Below, one piece after another: positions 10,464 through 20,053 of a DNA stretch of 64,000 bases. Position 1 is the first letter of the stretch. The number at the start of each line of letters is the position of its first letter. The notes under the pieces were generated by a model that saw only the letters and a list, made by a program, of their open reading frames with translations, was not told where the DNA came from and searched no databases. The position numbers were made by a program, and so were the translations under genes. This DNA is from Sphingomicrobium sp. (GTDB lineage Bacteria > Pseudomonadota > Alphaproteobacteria > Sphingomonadales > Sphingomonadaceae): contig JBBJOG010000012.1 in NCBI GenBank assembly GCA_037721775.1, positions 1,635 through 65,634 of the forward strand, in the 5' to 3' direction.

Positions 10464-11210
10464 TCAGACGGCGGCCCGGAACGGCGTGAAGTCGGTATGC
10501 TCGTCGAACACGTCGACCCCTTCGCGCCGCTTCAAGAAACCGATCACCGCATAAGTGACAGGCGTCAGCAGCGCTTCCCAGGCGACCTTTAGCACCCATT
10601 GGGTGACCATCACGGTCAGCACCAGCTGATGGCTCCATCCGGGCGCGCCCAAAAATGCCAGCGGATAGAAGATCAGGCTGTCGATCCCCTGCCCGACGAC
10701 GGTGCTGCCGATGGTCCGGGTCCACAAATGCCGGCCGCGGCTCCATATCTTCATCTTGGCCATGATGAAGCTGTTGGCGAACTCGCCCGCCCAGAAAGCC
10801 ACGATCGAGGCGAAGACAATGCGCGGCACCTGGCCGAACACCTGCTCGTAAGCCGCCTGCCCGCCCCAATCGCGGGCCGGCGGCAGAGCGACGACGACGG
10901 TGGCCATGAACGCCATGAACAGCATCGCCACGGTCCCCGCCCAGATGCACCGCCGGGCGCGGGCGTAGCCGTAGACTTCGGTCAGCACGTCGCCGAGCAC
11001 ATAGGCCAGCGGGAAGAACAGGATCCCGGCGCCGAACGGCCACTCGCCGACCAGCGGCAGCTGGATCACCGCGACCTTGCCGGCGCCGAGCACGTTGGAC
11101 AGCAAAAGGATCGTGACGAACGCCGCCATGGTGAAGTCGAACCAGCGCAGCGGCCGCGCGTGCAGCGCCTGGGCGTCCACCTTCACCGGGTTCTGATCGA
11201 TCTCCCCCAT
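10464..11210 (-). CDS. Queuosine precursor transporter (YhhQ/VUT family)
   Basis: LLSNVLGAGK, FPLAYVLGDVLTEVYG, ASIVAFWAGEFANS, multiple TM segments. Confidence 0.88.
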   Translation of the reverse strand: MGEIDQNPVKVDAQALHARPLRWFDFTMAAFVTILLLSNVLGAGKVAVIQLPLVGEWPFGAGILFFPLAYVLGDVLTEVYGYARARRCIWAGTVAMLFMAFMATVVVALPPARDWGGQAAYEQVFGQVPRIVFASIVAFWAGEFANSFIMAKMKIWSRGRHLWTRTIGSTVVGQGIDSLIFYPLAFLGAPGWSHQLVLTVMVTQWVLKVAWEALLTPVTYAVIGFLKRREGVDVFDEHTDFTPFRAAV

Positions 11211-11251
11211 AAGCGGCCGTGTATCGCGGCTTCAGCGGCGGCGGAAGAGCG

Positions 11252-11272
11252 CCCTTCGACGCCGCTCAGGAC
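11252..11272. repeat. Partial REP-like copy (CCCTTCGACnnCGCTCAGGAC family)
   Basis: CCCTTCGACGCCGCTCAGGAC resembles one arm of the element at 60938-61014. Confidence 0.55.
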
Positions 11273-11317
11273 ATGCGTTGACGCTGCTGGGGCGACCACC
11301 TACTTCGGCGCCGCCAC

Positions 11318-11391
11318 GCGGGTATGATGTAGTGGTAGCCTGTCAGCTTCCCATGCTGATCGTGCGGGTTCGATTCCCGCTACCCGCTCCA
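11318..11391 (+). tRNA. tRNA-Gly(CCC)
   Basis: GCGGGTA acceptor stem / TACCCGC-TCCA; anticodon arm TCAGC-TTCCCAT-GCTGA; T-loop GGTTCGATTCC. Confidence 0.96.
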
Positions 11392-11448
11392 CGCACAGGC
11401 TGTCCGGGGGACAGCCGAGCATGGAGCGCACGCGAGCGGGGCGACAAA

Positions 11449-12198
11449 TTAGCGCGGCTCGAACCCCGCCTTGCGCAAGCGCTCCGCCAACGCTTCCGCG
11501 CACGCATCGACCAGCGCCTCGTCCTCCGAGCGCACGACGAAATCAGCGCCAAACCGGCCATCGCGGTAGAACGGATAGCTGCCGATCGCCACGCCCGGAT
11601 GCTCGTCCTGCACCCGGCCCAGAAGCTCGGCGACCTCGCTTTCCGGCGCGTTGGCGCTGACCGTGGCCGACACCATCGGCTTGCCCCCTTCCAGCTTGCC
11701 GGTCACCGCTTCGAGCATCCGGGCGGCGATGTGCGGCACGCCGGCGAGGATGAAGACGTTGCCAATCTGAACGCCCGGAGCCCCCGAGGTCGGGTTGGGG
11801 ATGAGCTCGGCGCCCTCGGGCACCCGCGCCATCCGCAGCCGCGCGTCGGTGACCCCGCCCCGCTCGGCATAGTAATCCTCGAGGATCGCCCGCGCCTCGG
11901 CATGGACGGTCACCGGCACCTCGAATGCGGCGGCGATGGCGTCGACGGTGATGTCGTCGTGGGTCGGGCCGATGCCGCCGGTGGTGAACACATAGTCGTG
12001 TGCCGGGCGAAGCGCGTTGACCGCGGCAACGATCCGCTCCTGCACATCCGGAACCACGCGCACCTCAGCCAGACGGATGCCCTCGCCGTTCAGCCAGCGA
12101 GCGACCAAAGCGACATTCTTGTCCTCGGTGCGCCCCGACAATATCTCGTCGCCGATGACGACCAGCGCGGCGGTCCACACCCTCGATCGCTCAGTCAC
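11449..12198 (-). CDS. CinA-like molybdopterin-binding domain protein (COG1058-type)
   Basis: VIGDEILSGRTEDKN, TTGGIGPTHDDIT motifs. Confidence 0.9.
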   Translation of the reverse strand: MTERSRVWTAALVVIGDEILSGRTEDKNVALVARWLNGEGIRLAEVRVVPDVQERIVAAVNALRPAHDYVFTTGGIGPTHDDITVDAIAAAFEVPVTVHAEARAILEDYYAERGGVTDARLRMARVPEGAELIPNPTSGAPGVQIGNVFILAGVPHIAARMLEAVTGKLEGGKPMVSATVSANAPESEVAELLGRVQDEHPGVAIGSYPFYRDGRFGADFVVRSEDEALVDACAEALAERLRKAGFEPR

Positions 12199-12246
12199 TT
12201 GCCTGTTTCCGGTGACTCACGCCGCCCGAATGCCTATGTAACCGCC

Positions 12247-13077
12247 ATGACTCAATACATTACGGTTGCCGACGACGATCGGGTCGAAGCGCGCAACGGC
12301 GTCATCAAGCTGCACGGCGCCGAAGGATTCGCCGGAATGCGCGCCGCCGGTCGCCTGGCCGCGCAAATCCTCGACGCGCTGGTCGCTCATGTCGTCCCCG
12401 GCGTCACCACCGACGAAATCGACGCGATCATCTACGAGATGGCGCTAGACGCCGGCGGCGTTCCGGCGACGCTTGGCTATCGCGGCTACACCCGCAGCTG
12501 CTGCACCTCGATCAACCATGTCGTGTGCCACGGAATTCCGGGCGAGAAGATCCTCAAGGACGGCGATATCGTCAACGTCGACGTCACCCCGATGCTCGAT
12601 GGCTGGCACGGCGACACCAGCCGCATGTATCTGGTCGGCGACGTGCCGCTGAAGGCGCGGCGGCTGGTCGAAATCACCTACGAATGTTTGATGCTCGGGC
12701 TCGAGCAAGCCAGGCCCGGCAACCGCCTGGGCGACATTTCCAATGCGATCCAGAGCCATGCGGAAAAGCACCGTTACAGCGTCGTCCGCGATTTCTGCGG
12801 CCACGGCGTGGGGCGATTGTTCCACGATTCGCCCGAAGTGGTCCACGCCGGCCGCCCCGGGACCGGCCCGGAGCTTCGCCCCGGCATGTTCTTCACCGTC
12901 GAGCCGATGATCAACATCGGCCGCGCCGACGTCAAGTTGCTCGAGGACGGCTGGACCGCGGTCACCCGCGACCGCTCGCTGTCCGCCCAGTTCGAGCATT
13001 CCATCGGCATCACCGAAACCGGCTGCGAGATTTTCACCAAGAGCCCCAAGGGCTTGGACGCGCCGCCCTACGTTTAG
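12247..13077 (+). CDS. map: Type I methionine aminopeptidase
   Basis: CTSINHVVCHGIP, DGWHGDTSR, FCGHGVG, FTVEPMIN, SAQFEHS; start ATG 12247. Confidence 0.97.
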   Translation: MTQYITVADDDRVEARNGVIKLHGAEGFAGMRAAGRLAAQILDALVAHVVPGVTTDEIDAIIYEMALDAGGVPATLGYRGYTRSCCTSINHVVCHGIPGEKILKDGDIVNVDVTPMLDGWHGDTSRMYLVGDVPLKARRLVEITYECLMLGLEQARPGNRLGDISNAIQSHAEKHRYSVVRDFCGHGVGRLFHDSPEVVHAGRPGTGPELRPGMFFTVEPMINIGRADVKLLEDGWTAVTRDRSLSAQFEHSIGITETGCEIFTKSPKGLDAPPYV

Positions 13078-13088
13078 CTGGGCAGAGC

Positions 13089-13115
13089 GTCCGCTTTCGA
13101 CCCATTGCGGACATT
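13089..13115 (+). repeat. Hairpin repeat copy 1 (GTCCGC-N12-GCGGACATT)
   Basis: GTCCGC TTTCGACCCATT GCGGACATT. Confidence 0.8.
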
Positions 13116-13192
13116 CCGCCGCGAGAACCCTTTTCGGCCTTGAGCCAAGGACAGGCTAGAGTTTAGGGAAATGGGGTCGAAAGGACACTGCG

Positions 13193-13669
13193 ATGCTAGG
13201 TATAGGTCTCTGGGTTATGCTTGTGGCTGCACAGGCTGATGTGGTGATGACACCTGCTAACCGGGCCGCCGCGGCAGCCCTGAAGCACCCGCGTGTCGCT
13301 GCTGCGTTCCAGGCACGAATGAAGGTGCAGACGGCTCTTATCGAGGGGGCCAGCACCGCCTTTGGGAATGGCTTTACTCCGGACGCCGTGGTGAACAGTC
13401 CGCTCAACAATGTGACCACGCCGGCTGAGGCAGTGCGGCGATCCGCCGCTGGTGCGCTCAACTACAAGTATCTTCATACATCGATCGAATATGCCGCTCC
13501 GCGTCGGGAAGATGAGGTCATCTTCATGGGCGAGGAGACCTATGAGCCTGCGGCCGGAGCAGCGCATGCAGGTAAGACCGTTCGCCGGCGCTTCACTGAC
13601 CTCTACCGCAAGCACAAAGGTAGGTGGCTGCTTAGCCTCCGACAGGCCACCATAATCTCTGTGCAGTAA
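13193..13669 (+). CDS. DUF4440 / NTF2-like exported protein
   Basis: Signal-peptide-like N-terminus; VRRRFTDLYRKHKGRWLLSLRQAT C-terminal strand typical of DUF4440; many A/T-ending codons. Confidence 0.75.
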   Translation: MLGIGLWVMLVAAQADVVMTPANRAAAAALKHPRVAAAFQARMKVQTALIEGASTAFGNGFTPDAVVNSPLNNVTTPAEAVRRSAAGALNYKYLHTSIEYAAPRREDEVIFMGEETYEPAAGAAHAGKTVRRRFTDLYRKHKGRWLLSLRQATIISVQ

Positions 13670-13715
13670 AGGATCAGACCGCTCCTGGGTCGCACATGCC
13701 AGACGCGGCAGCATT

Positions 13716-13742
13716 GTCCGCCTTCCACCCAAAGCGGACATT
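13716..13742 (+). repeat. Hairpin repeat copy 2 (GTCCGC-N12-GCGGACATT)
   Basis: GTCCGC CTTCCACCCAAA GCGGACATT, same orientation as copy 1. Confidence 0.8.
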
Positions 13743-13745
13743 CTG

Positions 13746-14492
13746 CTAAGCGGCGGCTGGCTTCTTTGCCGCGTCCCAGCTCCGGGCCAGCGCCTGGGCG
13801 CCTTCGACGTCCTCGGGGAAATCGACCTCGCCCCATTGCTCACCGCTGATGTCGAGCGTCCATACGTCGCTCGTCTCGGCGATGTGATGGATGACCCGCA
13901 AATACCAGATTGTCGTGCCCTCGGGCGTCCGGATGGCGCGGTCGATGGCCTTGGCGAATTGCTCGGCGCCGCCGGATCGGAAGGCGAGCAAGCCGATCGA
14001 TTCGGCATTGACGCCATCGCTGATCCGCTTGCCGATCGCTTTCAGCCGCCCGCCGTCCTCGACCACCTTCATGTCGTCGTCGTCGTAAGGTTCCTTGCGG
14101 TCGATGGTGACGCAGATGCCGGAGCGGGTGTTGGCGACGACCCTGGCCATCAGCGGGTTCGAGACCAGCGTATCGCCATTCCACACCAGACAATCCCCGA
14201 AGAGATGCTGCCGCGCCATATATAGCGAGCCGGTGTTATCGGCGACCTTGTAGAAGGGGTTGAAGACGGTGGTGACATCCGGCCCGCCGCTCCGCGCCGC
14301 GATCGCGGCATCGACCAGATCGTCGTGAAAGCCGGTGACGACGACAGCCTCGCCGACACCATTGGCCTCCAGCGTGTCGAGCTGACGGTCGAGCAGCGTG
14401 CGGCCGTTGAACTCGATCAGGCACTTGGGCCGATCATCGGTCATGTGGCCGAGGCGCGAGCCCTGCCCCGCCGATAGGATGATCGCTTTCAT
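13746..14492 (-). CDS. Phosphocholine cytidylyltransferase-family nucleotidyltransferase
   Basis: MKAIILSAGQGSRLG..T..RPKCL, NGD, WGEVDFPED. Confidence 0.85.
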   Translation of the reverse strand: MKAIILSAGQGSRLGHMTDDRPKCLIEFNGRTLLDRQLDTLEANGVGEAVVVTGFHDDLVDAAIAARSGGPDVTTVFNPFYKVADNTGSLYMARQHLFGDCLVWNGDTLVSNPLMARVVANTRSGICVTIDRKEPYDDDDMKVVEDGGRLKAIGKRISDGVNAESIGLLAFRSGGAEQFAKAIDRAIRTPEGTTIWYLRVIHHIAETSDVWTLDISGEQWGEVDFPEDVEGAQALARSWDAAKKPAAA

Positions 14493-14547
14493 TTACGAGC
14501 GCGCCCTGCCTTTCAAATGCGGCGCCGATTGGGCATTAGGCCACTAG

Positions 14548-14913
<366 letters not shown>

Positions 14914-14920
14914 CGCCTGA

Positions 14921-15145
14921 ATGGACGACCCGCGCCCAAATCCCGAACTACTCGCCTCGATGGCGCCCGACGAGTTGAAATCGGCGATGCGCACGCTTGG
15001 CTATCGAACCCAGAACGACCTGGCCCGGGCGATCGGGGTCAGCCGCTCGGCAGTGAGCCTGTGGCTTGAAGGCAAGGTCGGCGTCCCAAGGCCGGTCGCG
15101 ATGCTGCTCAGGATGCTGGTCGCGGCGCAGCGGCGCGCTTATTGA
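14921..15145 (+). CDS. Small XRE/Cro-like HTH protein
   Basis: TQNDLARAIGVSRSAVSLWLEGKVGVP helix-turn-helix; 7 bp after glnB. Confidence 0.8.
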   Translation: MDDPRPNPELLASMAPDELKSAMRTLGYRTQNDLARAIGVSRSAVSLWLEGKVGVPRPVAMLLRMLVAAQRRAY

Positions 15146-15154
15146 TGCCACGAA

Positions 15155-15183
15155 AAAGGGCGCCTGCAGCGCAGACGCCCTTT
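15155..15183. terminator. Probable bidirectional intrinsic terminator
   Basis: AAAGGGCG...CGCCCTTT stem between convergent genes. Confidence 0.7.
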
Positions 15184-15209
15184 CAAGTTCACGCGTGCTC
15201 TTGCGTGAT

Positions 15210-15455
15210 TTAGTTCATGTTGCCGTCCTCGACTGCGTCGGCAGTGTTATCGCCTTCGGCGCGGACTTCCTCGGCCCGGTTCTCGGCATTCATCTCCATG
15301 TTTTCGGTCATCATGTCGGCATTCTCTTCGATCATGTCGGCGGTGTTCTCGGCACTGGCCTCGATGTTGTCGGCCTGCTCTTCCTGCGGGCTCGAGTTGC
15401 AGGCGGCAAGCGCCGAAACGCCAAGAGCGACGGCGATGGCTACGGTGTAACGCAT
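15210..15455 (-). CDS. Small acidic lipoprotein
   Basis: Lipobox LAAC after hydrophobic stretch; E/N/A-rich mature part. Confidence 0.8.
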   Translation of the reverse strand: MRYTVAIAVALGVSALAACNSSPQEEQADNIEASAENTADMIEENADMMTENMEMNAENRAEEVRAEGDNTADAVEDGNMN

Positions 15456-15596
15456 GATATTCCCCTATTGGTTCGGTCAACAGTAGCGCATGAGTGGCGC
15501 ATCGGTTCCGCATGCGCAACAGTCGCGTGTCAAAATGGAGACGGGCAGCCGGGTGCTGCTTGGCCCAAAAAAATAGCTTCACGGCTAGTTCGGCGG

Positions 15597-15634
15597 AAAA
15601 GGCCGGTTCGTTCGTCGCTCCGGCCTTTTTCTTG
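15597..15634 (+). terminator. Terminator-like hairpin upstream of glnA
   Basis: AAAAGGCCGG...CCGGCCTTTT followed by T-rich tract. Confidence 0.6.
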
Positions 15635-15808
15635 TGTCGGACGCGCCCGGTGAAAAGTTCACGGACGGCTGGATTCGTCCCGCCTCCTCCCCGAAAACGT
15701 CGTCCTAAGCTTCGGATTCGCTGATGCAGCCTGCGCGCCACCTTGGTTTCGCAGGCGCGGCGGCGTTCGTCCGGGGCAGCGAAATCGAGACACCAGGGAG
15801 CGGTGCAA

Positions 15809-17221
15809 ATGGCGGCGAATTCGGGCGATATCCTCAAGCGGGTCAAGGATGACGAGATCGAGTGGATCGACCTCCGCTTCACCGATCCCAAGGGCAAGTG
15901 GCAGCATCTCACGATGGCTTCGGGCCTGGTCGATGAGGACCAATTGTCCGACGGCTTCATGTTCGACGGAAGCTCGATCGCCGGCTGGAAGGCGATCAAC
16001 GAGAGCGACATGATCTTGAAGCCCGACCTCGACGCGGCTTACTTCGACCCGTTCAGCGCGACCCCGATGCTGGTTCTGTTCTGCAACGTCGTCGAGCCGT
16101 CGACCGGCGAGCTTTACGGCCGCGACCCGCGCTCGACCGCGACCCGCGCCGAAGCCTATCTCGGCCAGACCGGCATCGGCGACACGGTGTTCGTCGGGCC
16201 CGAAGCCGAATTCTTCATGTTCGACGACGTCCGCTTCGAAGACACCTACAACTCCTCCTCCTTCCGGATCGACGACATTGAACTGCCGACCAACACCGGC
16301 CGCGACTATGCCGGCGGCAACATGGGCCACCGGCCCCGCGCCAAGGGCGGCTATTTCCCGGTCGCGCCGGTCGATTCTGCGATGGACATCCGCGGCGAGA
16401 TGGTCTCGACGATGATCGAGATGGGGCTGCCGATGGACAAGCACCATCACGAGGTTGCCGCGTCGCAGCACGAGCTCGGGCTGACCTACGGAAGCCTGGT
16501 CCAGACCGCCGACCGCATGCAAATCTACAAATATGTCGTCCACATGGTCGCCCATGCCTACGGCAAGACCGCGACCTTCATGCCCAAGCCGATCGCTCAG
16601 GATAACGGGTCAGGCATGCACACCCACTTTTCGGTGTGGAAGGGCGCAAAGCCGTTGTTCGCCGGAAACGGCTATGCCGGCCTGTCCGAGATGGCGCTCT
16701 ATTTCATCGGCGGGGTGATCAAGCACGCCCGGGCGCTCAACGCCTTCACCAACCCGACGACCAACAGCTACAAGCGCCTGGTGCCGGGCTTTGAAGCGCC
16801 GGTGCTGCTGGCTTATTCGAGCCGCAACCGCTCGGCGAGCTGCCGAATCCCCTACGGCGCCGGCGAGAAGTCGAAACGGGTTGAGTTCCGCTTCCCCGAC
16901 GCGATGGCCAACCCCTATTTGGCATATTCGGCGATCCTGATGGCCGGGCTGGATGGCATCCAGAACCGCATCCACCCGGGCGACCCGATGGACAAGAACC
17001 TCTACGATTTGCCGCCGCAGGAGCTGGTCAACGTGCCGACCGTGTGCGGGAGCCTGCGCGAAGCTTTGGTGTCGCTGGCCGCCGACCGCGGCTTTTTGAC
17101 CAAGGGCGACGTGTTCAGCGACGACCAGATCGACAGCTACATCGAATTGAAGTGGGACGAAGTGATGCGCTGGGAGACGACGCCCAGCCCAGTCGAGTTC
17201 GACATGTATTATTCGAGCTAA
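15809..17221 (+). CDS. glnA: Glutamine synthetase type I
   Basis: [47 protein letters not shown] (adenylylation site); start ATG 15809. Confidence 0.99.
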   Translation: MAANSGDILKRVKDDEIEWIDLRFTDPKGKWQHLTMASGLVDEDQLSDGFMFDGSSIAGWKAINESDMILKPDLDAAYFDPFSATPMLVLFCNVVEPSTGELYGRDPRSTATRAEAYLGQTGIGDTVFVGPEAEFFMFDDVRFEDTYNSSSFRIDDIELPTNTGRDYAGGNMGHRPRAKGGYFPVAPVDSAMDIRGEMVSTMIEMGLPMDKHHHEVAASQHELGLTYGSLVQTADRMQIYKYVVHMVAHAYGKTATFMPKPIAQDNGSGMHTHFSVWKGAKPLFAGNGYAGLSEMALYFIGGVIKHARALNAFTNPTTNSYKRLVPGFEAPVLLAYSSRNRSASCRIPYGAGEKSKRVEFRFPDAMANPYLAYSAILMAGLDGIQNRIHPGDPMDKNLYDLPPQELVNVPTVCGSLREALVSLAADRGFLTKGDVFSDDQIDSYIELKWDEVMRWETTPSPVEFDMYYSS

Positions 17222-18519
17222 TCTTCCTCGATCAGACTGGTGGTCTTGGTCTCGCGCATGGTGATGTAGGCAATAAGCGAGAGGGCCGCGAGCCCGGAGA
17301 TATACAGATAGAACCAGCGCTCGTGGCCGGCCGACTTGAGCCACAAGGCGACATATTCGGCGGTGCCGCCGAAGATGGTGTTGGCAAGCGCGAACGGCAG
17401 CGCCACGCCGAGCGCCCGGATGTGCGCCGGGAACAGCTCCGCCTTCACCACCGCGTTGATCGACGTATAGCCGGTGACGATGACCAGGCTCGTCATCACC
17501 AGAGCGAACGCAATGACTGGGTCGCGCACCTTCTCCAGCGCGGTGAACAACGGGTAAGTGAACAAAGTCGCGCAGACGCCGAAGAAGATCATCATCGGCT
17601 TGCGACCCACCCGGTCGGACAAGGCGCCGGCAAGCGGCTGGATCACCATCATTATCGCAAGGCCGAGCGTCATGATCCGCGACGCGGTTTCGCGGTCGAA
17701 GCCGCTCGTGTTGACCAGGAATTTCTGCAGATAGATGGTGTAAGCGTAGAATGACGCGGTGCCGCCCGCGGTCAGCGCCATCACCAGCAAAGCCTCGCAC
17801 GAATGGTCCCTGAACAGGTTGCGACCGGTCGATTTCGGGCGGTCCGAGCGCGCCGCGACATTCTTGAAGCTCAATGTCTCGTCGAGGCGCCGGCGGATGA
17901 CGAAGACCACAACCGCGAGCAAGCCGCCGGCGGCGAAGGCGATTCGCCAACCCCACGCGTCAAGCTCGGCAGGCGTGAGGATCAATTGCAGAAACAGGAG
18001 AAACGCGAGCGCGCTTAGCTGTCCGCCGATGATCGTGACATATTGAAAGCTCGACCAGAAGCCGCGGCGCTTCTTGCCGGCCATTTCCGACAAATAGGTC
18101 GCGCTGGAGCCATATTCCCCGCCCAGGCTCAACCCCTGGATCATCCGCGCGACGACCAGGATCGCGGGAGCCCACAGCCCCGCCTGCGCGTGGGTCGGCG
18201 CGACCGCGATCAGCAGCGATCCGGTGCACATCAGGGTGACCGACAAGGTCAGCCCCGCCTTGCGGCCCTTGCGGTCGGCGTAAATGCCCATCAGCCAGGC
18301 GCCGATCGGCCGCATGACGAAGCCGACCGCGAACACCGCCGCCGCCTGAAGCAGCTCCGCCGTCGGGTCTTCGGACGGAAAGAAGCTGTGGGCGAAATAG
18401 ATGGCGAAGGCTGCGTAGACGTACCAGTCGAACCATTCGACGAGGTTGCCCGCCGACCCGCCGACGATGTTCCTGAGGCGGCGCGCGGAGGTCGAGCTTT
18501 CGCTCGCCGCCTTAGCCAA
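17218..18519 (-). CDS. MFS transporter, MHS family (alpha-ketoglutarate permease-like)
   Basis: [27 protein letters not shown]; probable TTG start 18519. Confidence 0.9.
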   Translation of the reverse strand: MAKAASESSTSARRLRNIVGGSAGNLVEWFDWYVYAAFAIYFAHSFFPSEDPTAELLQAAAVFAVGFVMRPIGAWLMGIYADRKGRKAGLTLSVTLMCTGSLLIAVAPTHAQAGLWAPAILVVARMIQGLSLGGEYGSSATYLSEMAGKKRRGFWSSFQYVTIIGGQLSALAFLLFLQLILTPAELDAWGWRIAFAAGGLLAVVVFVIRRRLDETLSFKNVAARSDRPKSTGRNLFRDHSCEALLVMALTAGGTASFYAYTIYLQKFLVNTSGFDRETASRIMTLGLAIMMVIQPLAGALSDRVGRKPMMIFFGVCATLFTYPLFTALEKVRDPVIAFALVMTSLVIVTGYTSINAVVKAELFPAHIRALGVALPFALANTIFGGTAEYVALWLKSAGHERWFYLYISGLAALSLIAYITMRETKTTSLIEED

Positions 18520-20008
18520 CCCGCGCCGCCCGTAGTTCGGCCTCGCTCTCCTCGAACGTGCGGAGCACGCTCTGTGGCGGGCGCGGCCCGACGAGACTGA
18601 CCAGAATCGCGGCGAGGCCGCTGAGGGCAAAGCCCGGGACGATTTCGTAGATGAGCGAGCTCAAGGCGGCTCCTTCCGCGAGCACCGGCGCGTATATCCA
18701 GAACAGGACGGTCGCCGCGCCGACGAGGATGCCGGCGAGTGCGCCGTTGCGGGTCAGCCGTTGCCACGTCAGAGACAGGATCACCACCGGGCCGAAGGCG
18801 GCGCCGAAGCCGGCCCAGGCGTTGGCGACGAGGCCGAGGATGGTGTTGTCCGGGTCGTAGGCGAGCCAGATGGCGACGAGCGCCACCAGCAGCACGCAGA
18901 TGCGGCCGACCGTCACCAGCTCCCTCTGGCACGCCTCGCGGCGCAGATAAATGCGGTACATATCCTCGGTCAGCGAGCTGGACGAGACCAGCAGTTGCGA
19001 GGAGATAGTGCTCATTATAGCGGCGAGCAGCGCCGCGAGCAGGAAGCCGGTGACCAGCGGGTCGAACAGCACGTCGGCGAGCAGGATGAAGATCGTCTCG
19101 GGATCGTCCAGCGGCGTGCCGGTGCGGGCCACGTAGGCCGCGCCGATCAGGCCGGTGGCGACCGCGCCGATCAACGCGACTCCCATCCAGGTCATGCCGA
19201 TGTTGCGCATCGCCGGAACGTCGCGGACCGAGCGCACCGCCATGAAGCGAACGATGATGTGCGGCTGCCCGAAATAGCCAAGCCCCCAGGCGAGGGAGGA
19301 GATAATTGCGAGCCCGGTCATGCCGGACATGATGTCGAACGCGCCGGGCTTGGCCGCCTCGAGCGCGCCGGTAAACTCCCCGCCGAGCTCAAAGAAAGCG
19401 ACGACGGGAAGCAGCACCAGGGCGACGAACATGATGCATCCCTGGACGAAATCGGTGAGGCTGACCGCGAGGAAGCCGCCGAACATCGTGTAGGCAACCA
19501 CCACTCCGGCAGTGAGCCACAGTCCCAATGCATAGTCCGCGCCGAACGCGCTCTCGAACAGCTTGCCGCCCGCGACCATTCCGGCGGAAGTATAGAGGGT
19601 GAAGAAGAGGATGATCACGACCGAGGCGATGACCCGAAGCGAATGGCTACGATCCTCGAAGCGTTTCTCGAAGAATTCCGGAATGGTGATGGAGTTGCCA
19701 GTGCGCTCGGTATGAACGCGCAGCCGCGGGGCGACGATGATGTAGTTGAGCAGTGCGCCGACTAAGAGGCCGATGGCGATCCAGCTGGCGCTCAGTCCCG
19801 CCACATAAGCGGCACCGGGAAGGCCTAGCAGCAGCCAGCCCGACATGTCCGAAGCGCCGGCCGACAACGCCGCCACCGCCGGGCTAAGCTGGCGTCCGCC
19901 AAGCAAATAGCCGTCGATGTCGTCGGTCGATTTCCTCCACGCCCAAAGCCCGATGCCGAGCATTGCTAGGAAGTAGATCGCGAGCGAAACGATAACGCCG
20001 GTATCCAT
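18512..20008 (-). CDS. putP: Sodium/proline symporter
   Basis: SAGASDMSGWLLLGLPG, WGLGYFGQPHIIVRFM, AAIMSTISSQLLV. Confidence 0.95.
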   Translation of the reverse strand: MDTGVIVSLAIYFLAMLGIGLWAWRKSTDDIDGYLLGGRQLSPAVAALSAGASDMSGWLLLGLPGAAYVAGLSASWIAIGLLVGALLNYIIVAPRLRVHTERTGNSITIPEFFEKRFEDRSHSLRVIASVVIILFFTLYTSAGMVAGGKLFESAFGADYALGLWLTAGVVVAYTMFGGFLAVSLTDFVQGCIMFVALVLLPVVAFFELGGEFTGALEAAKPGAFDIMSGMTGLAIISSLAWGLGYFGQPHIIVRFMAVRSVRDVPAMRNIGMTWMGVALIGAVATGLIGAAYVARTGTPLDDPETIFILLADVLFDPLVTGFLLAALLAAIMSTISSQLLVSSSSLTEDMYRIYLRREACQRELVTVGRICVLLVALVAIWLAYDPDNTILGLVANAWAGFGAAFGPVVILSLTWQRLTRNGALAGILVGAATVLFWIYAPVLAEGAALSSLIYEIVPGFALSGLAAILVSLVGPRPPQSVLRTFEESEAELRAARVG

Positions 20009-20053
20009 GAACTCCCTTTCGTACGCGCAAGTGGAAGAAAATAGGCGCGCCCG

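Noticed and set aside
11318-11448. tRNA-Gly as an integration site
   Set aside because: No duplicate of its 3' end seen and flanking genes are housekeeping.
15561-15577. Sigma-54 promoter upstream of glnA (TGGCCC...TAGC)
   Set aside because: GG-to-GC spacing is 12 nt rather than 10.
15683-15691. CCTCCTCCC cuckoo-sRNA-like motif
   Set aside because: Single copy without the tandem hairpins typical of that family.
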